The translations under genes and the position numbers were made by a program. A stretch of 44,451 nucleotides of DNA, taken from positions 1-44,451 of the IMG/VR virus record IMGVR_UViG_3300037522_000072. The stretch is one strand, 5' to 3'. Shown piece by piece: positions 1-8,275 of this stretch (position 1 is its first letter; each line of letters opens with the position of its first letter). The notes beneath the pieces are model-generated. The model saw nothing but the letters and a program-made list of their open reading frames with translations, was not told where the DNA came from and searched no databases. The DNA comes from a virus. Lineage: Duplodnaviria; Caudoviricetes.

Positions 1-4
1 ATCC

Positions 5-27
5 GGGGGAGGGGGGGGGTGGGGTGG
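5..27 (+). repeat. G-rich tract (G5-A-G9-T-G4-T-GG), possible packaging/terminus-associated sequence
   Basis: Seen directly; on a circular map it lies just upstream of the minus-strand packaging operon. Confidence 0.5.
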
Positions 28-256
28 TCAAACTGGGATAGCGGTACGGACATATTGTCATTCCGTCATTGTGTCATTGATGCGAGCGCGTGAATGATGC
101 GAGGTCCACACCTACCCCTAGGCACGTACCCCCACGCGCGATGATGTACGCGTAAGAATGGGCGTATGTGCTGGTGATAAGAGCTAAAGATGCTGGTGTT
201 ATGTGCCGAGTAGGTGTAGGGTGAGGGTACGTATCACTACTGAAGGAGACTGAGCC

Positions 257-451
257 ATGAGTAACTGGACACGAACAGGTAACGAGCATGAGGAACCGTG
301 CGGATGCATTCACGCGCAGGAGACGCACGACAACTGCGACTACGAATATCACGAGCGGTGGCGGTGCATCGCCCCTTGCGCTGAGCATGAAGCGCTAGGC
401 GAACCAAGCGTTTCCGAAGAGTCAATCGCCCCACCAGTTTGGAAGGACTGA
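257..451 (+). CDS. hypothetical early protein (Cys/His-rich)
   Basis: RBS AAGGAG upstream of ATG; first ORF of a closely packed chain. Confidence 0.7.
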   Translation: MSNWTRTGNEHEEPCGCIHAQETHDNCDYEYHERWRCIAPCAEHEALGEPSVSEESIAPPVWKD

Positions 452-453
452 CC

Positions 454-627
454 ATGAGGACCGAAGGGTTAGAACGAGATCACTACGACGCACAGCGTGC
501 GCGCGGGGAAGCGTGGACCGAAGGAGCCAAGACGGTTGCCGGGATCGTTACCGGGATGGTGACGGTTACCACGCGAGTGCAGAGCGAACCGCTTCCGGTG
601 TGGACTGGCGAAGGCGCGGTGTCATGA
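454..627 (+). CDS. hypothetical early protein
   Basis: GGAAGGA RBS, ATG at 454, ATGA overlap with next ORF. Confidence 0.6.
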   Translation: MRTEGLERDHYDAQRARGEAWTEGAKTVAGIVTGMVTVTTRVQSEPLPVWTGEGAVS

Positions 628-956
628 TGACTGCTCGCCACGTCTTTACCTCGGCGCACACCACACCTGGAATGTGTGAGTGCGGACACTACGCCTGCGA
701 TCCGATCCACTACGGCGCAAAGAACGCTCACAACCATGTCCGGGTGGAAGGATGCGAGCATGATGGGCTCATCGCGCTCGACACCATCGGCGTGGACTTC
801 ACGGGAGACGTACCACGGTTCGTGGTGGTGGACAAGAACAAGACGGAGATGATCCCGCGCTACTACTCATACGCGAACGCGCAGGAAGAGGCCGATCGCT
901 TGAACCGTGAAGGATTGGCCGAGTTTGCCCCCTACGCCGTGGGTGAAATCCGATGA
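624..956 (+). CDS. hypothetical protein (N-terminal H/C cluster)
   Basis: ATGA overlaps on both sides; start trimmed from the 513 ORF. Confidence 0.65.
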   Translation: MMTARHVFTSAHTTPGMCECGHYACDPIHYGAKNAHNHVRVEGCEHDGLIALDTIGVDFTGDVPRFVVVDKNKTEMIPRYYSYANAQEEADRLNREGLAEFAPYAVGEIR

Positions 957-1099
957 GCAACACAGACACACATCAGCACGCCGAATGGCACTGGCAGAAC
1001 GTGGGGGAGCGCGTGAGCTGGTGGCGCGTGGTCGACGCGTTCATGGCGACCGGCGCCCCGATCCACTCCGCGGAGGCCGTGAGAGGCCTCTACAAGTAA
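953..1099 (+). CDS. small hypothetical protein (48 aa, MSNTDTHQHAEW...)
   Basis: Translated by hand; ATGA overlap with upstream stop; fills the gap. Confidence 0.55.
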   Translation: MSNTDTHQHAEWHWQNVGERVSWWRVVDAFMATGAPIHSAEAVRGLYK

Positions 1100-1113
1100 G
1101 GAAGGTGCGAATA

Positions 1114-1464
1114 ATGGATAACCGTTCACGGCAACTACTCAAGGCTAAAGGCCCGGTTATGTACGATTTCCGGCTCTACGACGACCCAGACGACCGGTGG
1201 GGCCACGCAATGGCATGGTGGTTCGGAGTGGCCGAGACGCTCCACGCGATGGATGAGGACATCCCTGACGCGTGGCAATTTCGCCCATCGCCCATGAATG
1301 AGAACCGTACGCTGGCCGATGTCGCGGCGAGTGAAGAGTGGCCAGATACCCAGATCGCTGAGTACGTGCAGGATGGCACGTACTCAGCCACTGATCTGAT
1401 CCACGCGGGGAATGTGCTTAGTCGTTACGCGAACATACTTCAGCGCGCTGGTATGGCGTACTAA
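1114..1464 (+). CDS. hypothetical phage protein
   Basis: AAGGAAGG RBS before ATG 1114; globular-looking sequence. Confidence 0.7.
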   Translation: MDNRSRQLLKAKGPVMYDFRLYDDPDDRWGHAMAWWFGVAETLHAMDEDIPDAWQFRPSPMNENRTLADVAASEEWPDTQIAEYVQDGTYSATDLIHAGNVLSRYANILQRAGMAY

Positions 1465-1482
1465 GTAGTCCTGCCCAGATCA

Positions 1483-1511
1483 GCACCACGCGGCGCGACG
1501 TCGCGTGGTGC
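1483..1511. terminator. GC-rich intergenic hairpin
   Basis: GCACCACGCG / CGCGTGGTGC 10-bp perfect stem; no U-tract. Confidence 0.45.
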
Positions 1512-1547
1512 GAGTGTGTGTAGGAACGGCCTATCCACAAGTGAAAG

Positions 1548-1937
1548 GTGCGAGAGATGACATGGACCATGAAGGATCACAAATATTCGATGCGTGACGC
1601 GTTGGAATCGGCGCTCGATCGCATCGACCCCACAGATGAGTACCTACACGAAGAATACGGAGATGATACCGACCTAGATGAATCTCGCTATGATCATCTA
1701 GCCTCAGCGGTTCTGTCCGTCGACCACGAGCACACTTTCGACGTGATGCTCACAGTCGGCGGCCCGACGTGCTATTTCAGGGTGACCACCAACGAGGACT
1801 TCGACGTGATCCGCGTGGAGTACGTCGACACATGGGCGCATCCTGTCCAGATCGTGCGACTGTCTCCTAGCGAGGAAGACCGAGTAATAAGCTTCCTCGA
1901 GCCGTACTTGGACGGATTCAAGGATTCGGCACGATGA
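1548..1937 (+). CDS. acidic hypothetical phage protein (GGP motif)
   Basis: 129-aa ORF with GAAAGG upstream; 'LTVGGPT' resembles a common phage early-protein motif. Confidence 0.7.
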   Translation: MREMTWTMKDHKYSMRDALESALDRIDPTDEYLHEEYGDDTDLDESRYDHLASAVLSVDHEHTFDVMLTVGGPTCYFRVTTNEDFDVIRVEYVDTWAHPVQIVRLSPSEEDRVISFLEPYLDGFKDSAR

Positions 1938-2092
1938 TCCCAGACGCACCGTGCTACGTCATTTGTCAGGTTGCGATCCCATGCTCGTCTGTCCGTGAAG
2001 CCGAAGAGGTCGCAATAGACACCAGAGGTCACATCATCCACGCGAAGCCACGCCGGCAACTACCGGTCGTCAGTAAGGACGCGTTACAGTAG
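1934..2092 (+). CDS. small hypothetical protein (52 aa, MIPDAPCYV...)
   Basis: Hand-translated; ATGA overlap; followed by a hairpin. Confidence 0.5.
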   Translation: MIPDAPCYVICQVAIPCSSVREAEEVAIDTRGHIIHAKPRRQLPVVSKDALQ

Positions 2093-2112
2093 ACGACGTT
2101 CTAGCTAGGTCT

Positions 2113-2151
2113 GAAGAGTCCCTCGCGACAGTCTCCCGCGGGGGACTCTTC
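2113..2151. terminator. strong hairpin, probable terminator of the early operon
   Basis: GAAGAGTCCCTCGCG / CGCGGGGGACTCTTC, 15-bp stem with one G-U. Confidence 0.6.
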
Positions 2152-2398
2152 GCGTCCATGAACTAGCGCGCCGATCCCCAACGCGTAGTCGATGTCGGAT
2201 GGGTGCGCGTGGCCGGAGGTCGTGCCGGTGCGTTCTCTCGCATCCACGCGTGACTAGGCGCGTTCGTAGATAGAGGGAGAACATGGAATGGTCGTATCCG
2301 GACGCCCGCGGGGTCATCCTCTCCCCGACTGTGAATTCGAATACCCTTGTAATTCGTCCATTTACCAGGCATAACCACAATCATAGCGCATGGTCACC

Positions 2399-2465
2399 AG
2401 ACGGCAGATAAGGCTGAATGCTCAAACGCCGGCCGAGACGGCAGAGCAGCGCGATTCTCAAACGC
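2399..2465 (+). repeat. bipartite direct repeat AGACGGCAGA-N11/12-CTCAAACGC x2
   Basis: Copies at 2399-2429 and 2436-2465; partial third copy GACGGCAGATA at 2834-2844. Confidence 0.6.
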
Positions 2466-2599
2466 GCAAGAGCCCACCAACTCCGTGTCGAAACACTTCG
2501 ATGGTGGGCTCTCGAGCGACCTATGTGTCGCCACCCCCGGCGCCGACCACGCCCTCGAGTGGCATCGGGTCGTGCTGGCTTTAGCGACAGGCTCCTTAG

Positions 2600-2630
2600 A
2601 TCATACACACACTCGGCCTCGCGGTGTCAA
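2600..2630 (-). promoter_or_regulatory. sigma-A-type promoter TTGACA-N19-TATGAT, firing leftward
   Basis: Plus strand reads ATCATA (2600-2605) and TGTCAA (2625-2630); near-consensus hexamers, long spacer. Confidence 0.55.
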
Positions 2631-3049
2631 GCCCGAGATTCCAGCACGAAATACATCGACATGTAGAGCTGACGTACGGACGTACTGCGTTTTTGCCGGC
2701 GTCCGTACGTCAGTCTGGAATCTCCCTACCGCTCTATGTCATATGGTCACGCTGTCTTAGAGATAGGTGCGCGACGCGTACCATCGCTAGAAGAGATACC
2801 CTGTGACACATTTCACGTATTTCTGAGGACCTGGACGGCAGATAGACGTGACTCGAGCTATCGGAAACGTGGATGAGGAAGTGATTGACCTGGGATAACA
2901 ACGGGCATAAGCTGCCGAAACCAACCACACGCCCGTTCGATGGTCGGTGCGAACTACTCGACAGATGCCCGCAAGCTCTCGTTGATAGCGACCATCGGAC
3001 GTGTGTGGTTGGTGGTGAGAAGTGTGGTTGAGTAAGGCAAGGGGAATAG

Positions 3050-3598
3050 GTGGCGCAGAAAGAACACCTGACCGTCGTTGACGATTCGTGGTCAACTGAT
3101 GATGGCTCCGGGTACAGCCCCGAGCAGTTCTACACCGCAACAAAGAACCGTCACGATCATGGTGAACGAGTCACGTTGCGAATGCCCCCCGACGTACACG
3201 CGGAATCTTGGCGCGTCATCAACGACCCCAAGATGCCCATGTATGAAACGTTCCAAGACCTACTTCGTGACGCGCTGATACATCGACTTCGATGGCTAGA
3301 CGACAACATTGGCTTACCGGTAGAGGTCAGTGAGTGGTTGAGGGTCGAGATGCTGCGCGGGCTCATGGCGACCGAGCAGAAACGAATGGAGTCAAGTTCT
3401 CGAGCGGTAGAGGAACTTGACCTCACATTCGAGATGATCGTCAAACTTGGTGATTGGGGTTTGACGACCAAGATGATCGAAACAGCCAGAGACAACGCGC
3501 AGACAATGCGCGAACCATACCGGTCACAAATGATGACCAAGTGCGCTGATTTCGAGAAGCGAATGCCGAGGGGAGAACGTGACGGTGGCATTCGATAG
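3050..3598 (+). CDS. ribbon-helix-helix (CopG/Arc/MetJ-like) DNA-binding protein with helical C-terminus
   Basis: 'RVTLRMP...YETFQDLLRDAL' fits the RHH strand-helix-helix pattern; AAGGGGA RBS. Confidence 0.6.
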   Translation: MAQKEHLTVVDDSWSTDDGSGYSPEQFYTATKNRHDHGERVTLRMPPDVHAESWRVINDPKMPMYETFQDLLRDALIHRLRWLDDNIGLPVEVSEWLRVEMLRGLMATEQKRMESSSRAVEELDLTFEMIVKLGDWGLTTKMIETARDNAQTMREPYRSQMMTKCADFEKRMPRGERDGGIR

Positions 3599-5699
3599 CT
3601 GGGCCGTAGAGTCCAGCACACCCGTGGTATCAGACTCATTGATGAAGCGCGCCATGAAGCGCACCGTCTCGAGAGGCTACGATGCCGACACGGATGGGTG
3701 GGTTGTTGACGGTAATGAAGGCTTGGGTGATTCCCGTCGCAACTACATGGTTCACTTTGACGGTGAAACCAAGAAGTACGTTTGCACATGCTACTCGAGT
3801 GACTACGGCAGAACTCGAGCCCGAAAGATGTGCAGTCACGTTCTCGCGGTGATCCTGTATCGCCGCAACAGATCTGGTGAAGATGGGGAAGGGTCAGAAA
3901 CGACAAGCCACTCTGTGCAGCCTGGAATCGAGCAAAGTTCAGGTGTCCTTACTGGGGGTCGGCGTAACCCATCTTCATCAGAGCAATCGAGTGATCAACA
4001 AGAACTATCGGTGATGCCAGCCACCGCCGATAAGGGGCCGGCGCAGGAGAACGCGCAAGCGGTACCGGCGCCGGCCCTGCCTTCGCTACCAACACCAGCC
4101 GATCTTGACTACCTCAACGTCAAGCTCCCCGAATGGGTTTCAGAGCTACGACCACATCAATGGGACGCGGTCGAAGAAATACAAGACGCGTACAACGATG
4201 GCACAGGTCTGGTGTGGTTGGACGGTCCGACTGGTAGTGGTAAGACGCTAATTGCCGAGTTGGCGCGCCGAGTCGTCAAGAAACGAATGCTGTATATCTG
4301 CTCAAGCAAGACGTTGCAAGATCAATTCGTCAAGGACTTTAGCTACTCAAGGGTACTGAAAGGTCGTAGCAACTACATACCCTTAGACCCCGCTGAAGAC
4401 GTCACCTGTTCGGATTGTGACAAGGAATCGGTAGGTGACGACGACTTCGACTGCACGTTCTGTAGCCCGGTGTGGGAATGCCCATATGAGGTCGCGAAGA
4501 GATCAGCACTAGAAGCTCAAGTTGCTGTCATCAACACCGCGTACATGATGTCCGAAGCGAACTACGTAGGCGGATTCAGTAACAGGGACCTGACCGTAGT
4601 GGACGAATGTGACGTACTCGAGGGTGAGCTGATGAACTTTGTCAGCTACCAAGTCACAGAGAGTGTACTCCGACGGTTGAAGCTCACGGCGCCAAAGAAA
4701 GGCAGCCACTACGCCACGATCAGTCGATGGTTGGAGGACGAGCTTCAGCCGGCATTGAAGAAGCGTGCGAAGGAGCTACGCGGACAGGGCTCGTTGCTGG
4801 GTAGAGATCTGACCACCGTACGCCAAGTAAACGCATTGGTGAGATTGCAGCAAGAAACAACAACGGTGCTCACTCGAGGGATGAATGACGGGTGGGTTAG
4901 AGACAACGATGCTGGACCGTTGGTGTTGAAGCCGATCAGAGTTGATCAGTTCGGTACAGGAATGCTGTGGAGACATTCGCGCAAATGGTTGTGTATGAGC
5001 GCGACCATCGTAAGCCCACAAGAACTAGAAGAGTCGTTGGGAGTTCGGGACGAGATGTCAACACGTCTTGTATCTGTGCCCATGACCTTCCCGGTTGAGA
5101 ATCGAATCATCCACGCGATACCCGTTGCCAACATGGTCAATCGTGAGAAGGAGAAGGCATGGCCACTTATGGTGGAAGGCATCAATGCCGTATTGCAGCG
5201 GCATCCAGGGGAGAGGACATTGGTCCACTCTGTGTCCTATGCCTTGACGCAAGCAATTGTCCGTGGGGTCAAAGGGAGGCCCGTATTCTCCTATCGCAAT
5301 TCAGGCGAGAGAGAACACACAATACGAACGTACCTCGAGACACCGGGCGCAGTACTGGTCGCGCCGAGTCTCGACCGAGGTGTTGACTTCAAAGGTGACC
5401 AATGCCGTGTGATAATCATCGCCAAGGTTCCGTATCCGTACCTGGGGGATAAACAGGTCAGCGCGCGAATGAACGGACCAGGCGGGAAGCTCTGGTATGC
5501 GGTGCAGACTGTACGGAGTCTTGTGCAGATGAGCGGACGCGGAGTACGAAGCAAAGACGACTGGTGTGTGACGTATATTCTCGATTCACAGTTTCGGAAG
5601 CGGGTTTGGAAGGAGAACAAGAGCCTGTTTCCTGGGTGGTGGCGAGAAGCTGTGGATACGAGACTAACGAGAAGGGAACTACTCAATGGACCACAATGA
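3579..5699 (+). CDS. DinG/XPD-family SF2 Fe-S helicase with N-terminal SWIM zinc finger
   Basis: SWIM CTC...CSH; Q motif LRPHQ; Walker A GPTGSGKT; KGRSNY followed by a Cys cluster; DECD; SAT; motif VI QMSGRGVRSKDD. Confidence 0.92.
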   Translation: MTVAFDSWAVESSTPVVSDSLMKRAMKRTVSRGYDADTDGWVVDGNEGLGDSRRNYMVHFDGETKKYVCTCYSSDYGRTRARKMCSHVLAVILYRRNRSGEDGEGSETTSHSVQPGIEQSSGVLTGGRRNPSSSEQSSDQQELSVMPATADKGPAQENAQAVPAPALPSLPTPADLDYLNVKLPEWVSELRPHQWDAVEEIQDAYNDGTGLVWLDGPTGSGKTLIAELARRVVKKRMLYICSSKTLQDQFVKDFSYSRVLKGRSNYIPLDPAEDVTCSDCDKESVGDDDFDCTFCSPVWECPYEVAKRSALEAQVAVINTAYMMSEANYVGGFSNRDLTVVDECDVLEGELMNFVSYQVTESVLRRLKLTAPKKGSHYATISRWLEDELQPALKKRAKELRGQGSLLGRDLTTVRQVNALVRLQQETTTVLTRGMNDGWVRDNDAGPLVLKPIRVDQFGTGMLWRHSRKWLCMSATIVSPQELEESLGVRDEMSTRLVSVPMTFPVENRIIHAIPVANMVNREKEKAWPLMVEGINAVLQRHPGERTLVHSVSYALTQAIVRGVKGRPVFSYRNSGEREHTIRTYLETPGAVLVAPSLDRGVDFKGDQCRVIIIAKVPYPYLGDKQVSARMNGPGGKLWYAVQTVRSLVQMSGRGVRSKDDWCVTYILDSQFRKRVWKENKSLFPGWWREAVDTRLTRRELLNGPQ

Positions 5700-5955
5700 C
5701 TTATACAACCGGTTCAGGTACCACAAGCCAGACGCAACGGCGGCGCGCAACCATGAGGATGTACGCGATCTCTTCATCCATATTGCGAAGGACTTGGATG
5801 AAGTTCTACCAGAAGGCCGCGAGAAGTCGCTTGTGATAACCAAGCTCGAGGAAGCAATGTTCTGGTCGAACGCTGCCATCGCGCGTCAGACCGAAATCGG
5901 CGAACTCGAGGATCATCCCGCAATGCAACCCGGCGTCGATTTCGACAACGCATGA
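5686..5955 (+). CDS. Acb2/Tad1-like helical hairpin protein (putative cyclic-nucleotide sponge, anti-defence)
   Basis: 'RFRYHKP...REKSLVITKLEEAMFWSNAAIAR' resembles the Tad1/Acb2 C-terminal hairpin motif. Confidence 0.7.
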   Translation: MDHNDLYNRFRYHKPDATAARNHEDVRDLFIHIAKDLDEVLPEGREKSLVITKLEEAMFWSNAAIARQTEIGELEDHPAMQPGVDFDNA

Positions 5956-6086
5956 TCGCGGGGGACAGTAGGTGTACGGCAGTGACCCTATTGAGGCGAC
6001 CTAGCGGTGCGGTATTACACACCAATTCCGTTCTCCCTCTAACCCCGTCAACCCGTTAGCTAACAACCACAGAAAGGATCACTCCC

Positions 6087-6833
6087 ATGAGTGATGAAGA
6101 GTTTGACAGTTGGGAAACCGGATCAGGGCTCATCGAGTCCATCGACCGAGGGACAATCAAGGACGCGTACGTGAAGTACGACGACGAGTACCGCGACGGT
6201 GAGATCCCGTTGGTCTATTTCGTCATCCAATCCGACGATCCCGAAGATGGTGACGGCGGCGAGGTTGAGACGCGCTATGGCACCGGTCCCGGCTGGGAAG
6301 TCAAAGACGACGGCGCCCGCATCCAACGCGAAGACGGCAAGAACAAGAAGCCAAACGAGAACACCGCGTATGGCCGACTGTTGAAGGCCACCGTCGCGTG
6401 TGCGGGTGACACAGTGCGGAACCGCGGCGACGCGAGAGAGATGGCGACTTGGAAGGGCCTCACCTTCAAGTGGGGAAGCCAGGAGAAGACCTTTGCCGGG
6501 TTGAAGGATGAGGACACCGGAGAACCGGTGAAGAACACCATTCTCATCCCTGTCGAACTTCTCGACGCCGGCAAGGGTGGTAAGGGCTCAAGCAAGTCCA
6601 GCTCCAAGTCGAGTGAGAAGGCCGATGACAATGGTGGCGGCTCGAGCGATGAGTTGTCGATGCCGTTGAAGATCAAGCTGAAGGCGCTGGCGAAGGACCA
6701 CGAAAGCTGGGAGCAATTCGCTGAGGCTGCGTTCACGGACTCGGACCTAAACGTCGAAGGCAACAAGGCAGCCACAGCCGCGGTCATGGATCAGACCGAC
6801 AGTGGCATCTACGCTCAGGCTCACGCGAGCTGA
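6087..6833 (+). CDS. putative ssDNA-binding/annealing protein
   Basis: Strong AGAAAGGA RBS, beta-rich N-domain, G/S/K linker, position in replication block; function inferred. Confidence 0.5.
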   Translation: MSDEEFDSWETGSGLIESIDRGTIKDAYVKYDDEYRDGEIPLVYFVIQSDDPEDGDGGEVETRYGTGPGWEVKDDGARIQREDGKNKKPNENTAYGRLLKATVACAGDTVRNRGDAREMATWKGLTFKWGSQEKTFAGLKDEDTGEPVKNTILIPVELLDAGKGGKGSSKSSSKSSEKADDNGGGSSDELSMPLKIKLKALAKDHESWEQFAEAAFTDSDLNVEGNKAATAAVMDQTDSGIYAQAHAS

Positions 6834-6836
6834 CTC

Positions 6837-7031
6837 GTGGCCAAATTCCGCGCCACCTACGACTACACCCGCGGCGACCCACTCCGGGTAGAGTTCAAAG
6901 AGATCCTGTTTGAAGCCGACTTCATCGCCTATGATGAATACGGCAGAGTAACGGGATGGAAGGGTGACGATGAACTTGTGTTCATCGGAGGCCCTCACAA
7001 ACTGCGAGCAGTAGTGAAAGAAGGAGGTTGA
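6837..7031 (+). CDS. hypothetical protein
   Basis: 64-aa ORF filling the gap between neighbours. Confidence 0.55.
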   Translation: MAKFRATYDYTRGDPLRVEFKEILFEADFIAYDEYGRVTGWKGDDELVFIGGPHKLRAVVKEGG

Positions 7032-7077
7032 CAGTGATTGGCAGACTCGTCATACTCAGGTGAGTCTGCTAACCACT
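7028..7077 (+). promoter_or_regulatory. sigma-A promoter TTGACA-N17-CATACT overlapped by a 16-bp inverted repeat (putative operator)
   Basis: -35 at 7028-7033, -10 at 7051-7056; arms 7033-7048 and 7062-7077 match 14/16. Confidence 0.7.
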
Positions 7078-7090
7078 AACTGAAAGAGAG

Positions 7091-7501
7091 ATGCAGATGT
7101 CCGACACCCAAGAAGCACAGACCGATGCACCGACCAAGCAGAAGCGCGTCCAGCCGAAGCCGGGGCTGAAGCTGGTCGATGCGATTCCCGACGAGCCGAC
7201 CCGTGAAGGCAAAGGATCGACGGTGTACTTCGATCTACTCAACGAGATCAAGAACGACGAAGACCTGTGGGGCTCTGTCTTCCAGGTCAACGAGTTCCGG
7301 TCCCGCAATGGTGCTCGAGACGCCATCAGAGCCATCACCGGCTACACCGACAACGACGGTGAGGTCCACGAACCCGTCCGCGAGATCCCCGAGCCACCCG
7401 AGGGCACCATGTGGCATTTCGAAGCACGTCGATTCCGGTTCACCGGGGACGACGGCAAGTCGAAGACCGGTTCGCGCATGTATGTGCAATTACAGGCGTA
7501 G
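7091..7501 (+). CDS. hypothetical protein, possibly DNA-binding
   Basis: Own promoter and RBS, GC3-rich codons; function inferred only. Confidence 0.7.
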   Translation: MQMSDTQEAQTDAPTKQKRVQPKPGLKLVDAIPDEPTREGKGSTVYFDLLNEIKNDEDLWGSVFQVNEFRSRNGARDAIRAITGYTDNDGEVHEPVREIPEPPEGTMWHFEARRFRFTGDDGKSKTGSRMYVQLQA

Positions 7502-7509
7502 GAGGGGTC

Positions 7510-7595
7510 GTCGGCGCCGTGGAACGGACCCCACGAGCGCCGACACAGGCCCACCCACCTCAATCGACCTTTGTCATCGTTGAGGTGGGTGGGCC
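7510..7595. terminator. tandem long hairpins (terminator or structured RNA)
   Basis: Stem 1 at 7510-7544 (13 bp, one bulge); stem 2 at 7548-7563/7580-7595 (16-bp perfect). Confidence 0.6.
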
Positions 7596-7628
7596 GACCA
7601 CCACTAAGTGAGGGAAGTGAGGGGAGCG

Positions 7629-7907
7629 ATGACACAGCTCAAGGAAGTCAACTACCCAGGTACGCATGAAGCCGAGTTCATGCCAAGCTGGCGTACCTGG
7701 ATGTTCTGGTGGCGTATCGGACGTGATGCCACCATGGAACTTCATAGCGATGGATCAGGTCGAAGCAACTTTTATGACCCGACCCGTCGATACGATCTGC
7801 CCGTCTGGACCGGTGAATACATACCCGCAGATGAGCTACCAAGCGAAGATGTAATTCGTTGGTGTCTTCAACGCGGGTTGAACCCGTTGATGGCCATCAC
7901 GTTCTAA
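7629..7907 (+). CDS. hypothetical protein
   Basis: GAGGGGAG RBS before ATG 7629. Confidence 0.65.
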   Translation: MTQLKEVNYPGTHEAEFMPSWRTWMFWWRIGRDATMELHSDGSGRSNFYDPTRRYDLPVWTGEYIPADELPSEDVIRWCLQRGLNPLMAITF

Positions 7908-7940
7908 CGGTAATTTCGAGCAGGAGGTGAAGCAGATCTC

Positions 7941-8030
7941 ATGAGCACCCAACGCGACGCGCTGGCAGAAGCAATCGACAAGGCTTGGCAGAACGACAGG
8001 TCGATCATCGAGTGGCAGCGTCATGACTGA
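7941..8030 (+). CDS. 29-aa peptide or gene remnant (MSTQRDALAEAI...)
   Basis: CAGGAGG RBS; its stop codon lies inside the 23-nt repeat. Confidence 0.4.
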   Translation: MSTQRDALAEAIDKAWQNDRSIIEWQRHD

Positions 8031-8256
8031 TTCTCGTCTCATCGTAACGGACCGAACCGACGACGAACGAATCGACCATCCGCAGACTGCCGAGGATCAC
8101 GCTCTCGCTTCGGCGGCATGGGCCGATGGTCGGCGTTCAGGGTGGAACTGGTTCGCTTACGACATGGAGCATGGCCACGAACGGTGCGCCGTGCACGACT
8201 CGGCTCGGGCGGCAGCCCACGCAGCGGCGGCGTTCGCTCTGGCGGCAGTCCGATGA
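8023..8256 (+). CDS. hypothetical protein starting MTDSRLIV (copy 1)
   Basis: ORF track; ATGA overlap with next gene. Confidence 0.5.
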   Translation: MTDSRLIVTDRTDDERIDHPQTAEDHALASAAWADGRRSGWNWFAYDMEHGHERCAVHDSARAAAHAAAAFALAAVR

Positions 8257-8275
8257 CTGATTCTCGTCTCATCGT
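8023..8275 (+). repeat. 23-nt exact direct repeat ATGACTGATTCTCGTCTCATCGT
   Basis: Copies at 8023-8045 and 8253-8275, each followed closely by GACCGAAC. Confidence 0.9.

Noticed and set aside
2283-2411. 42-aa plus-strand ORF with GGGAG RBS (and a 48-aa TTG ORF at 2885-3031)
   Set aside because: Isolated, not coupled to neighbours and without recognisable motifs; not supportable as genes without homologues
5956-6080. Intergenic region as tRNA or riboswitch
   Set aside because: Only short pairings (e.g. GGTGT/ACACC); no cloverleaf, T-loop or recognisable motif; would need an Infernal scan
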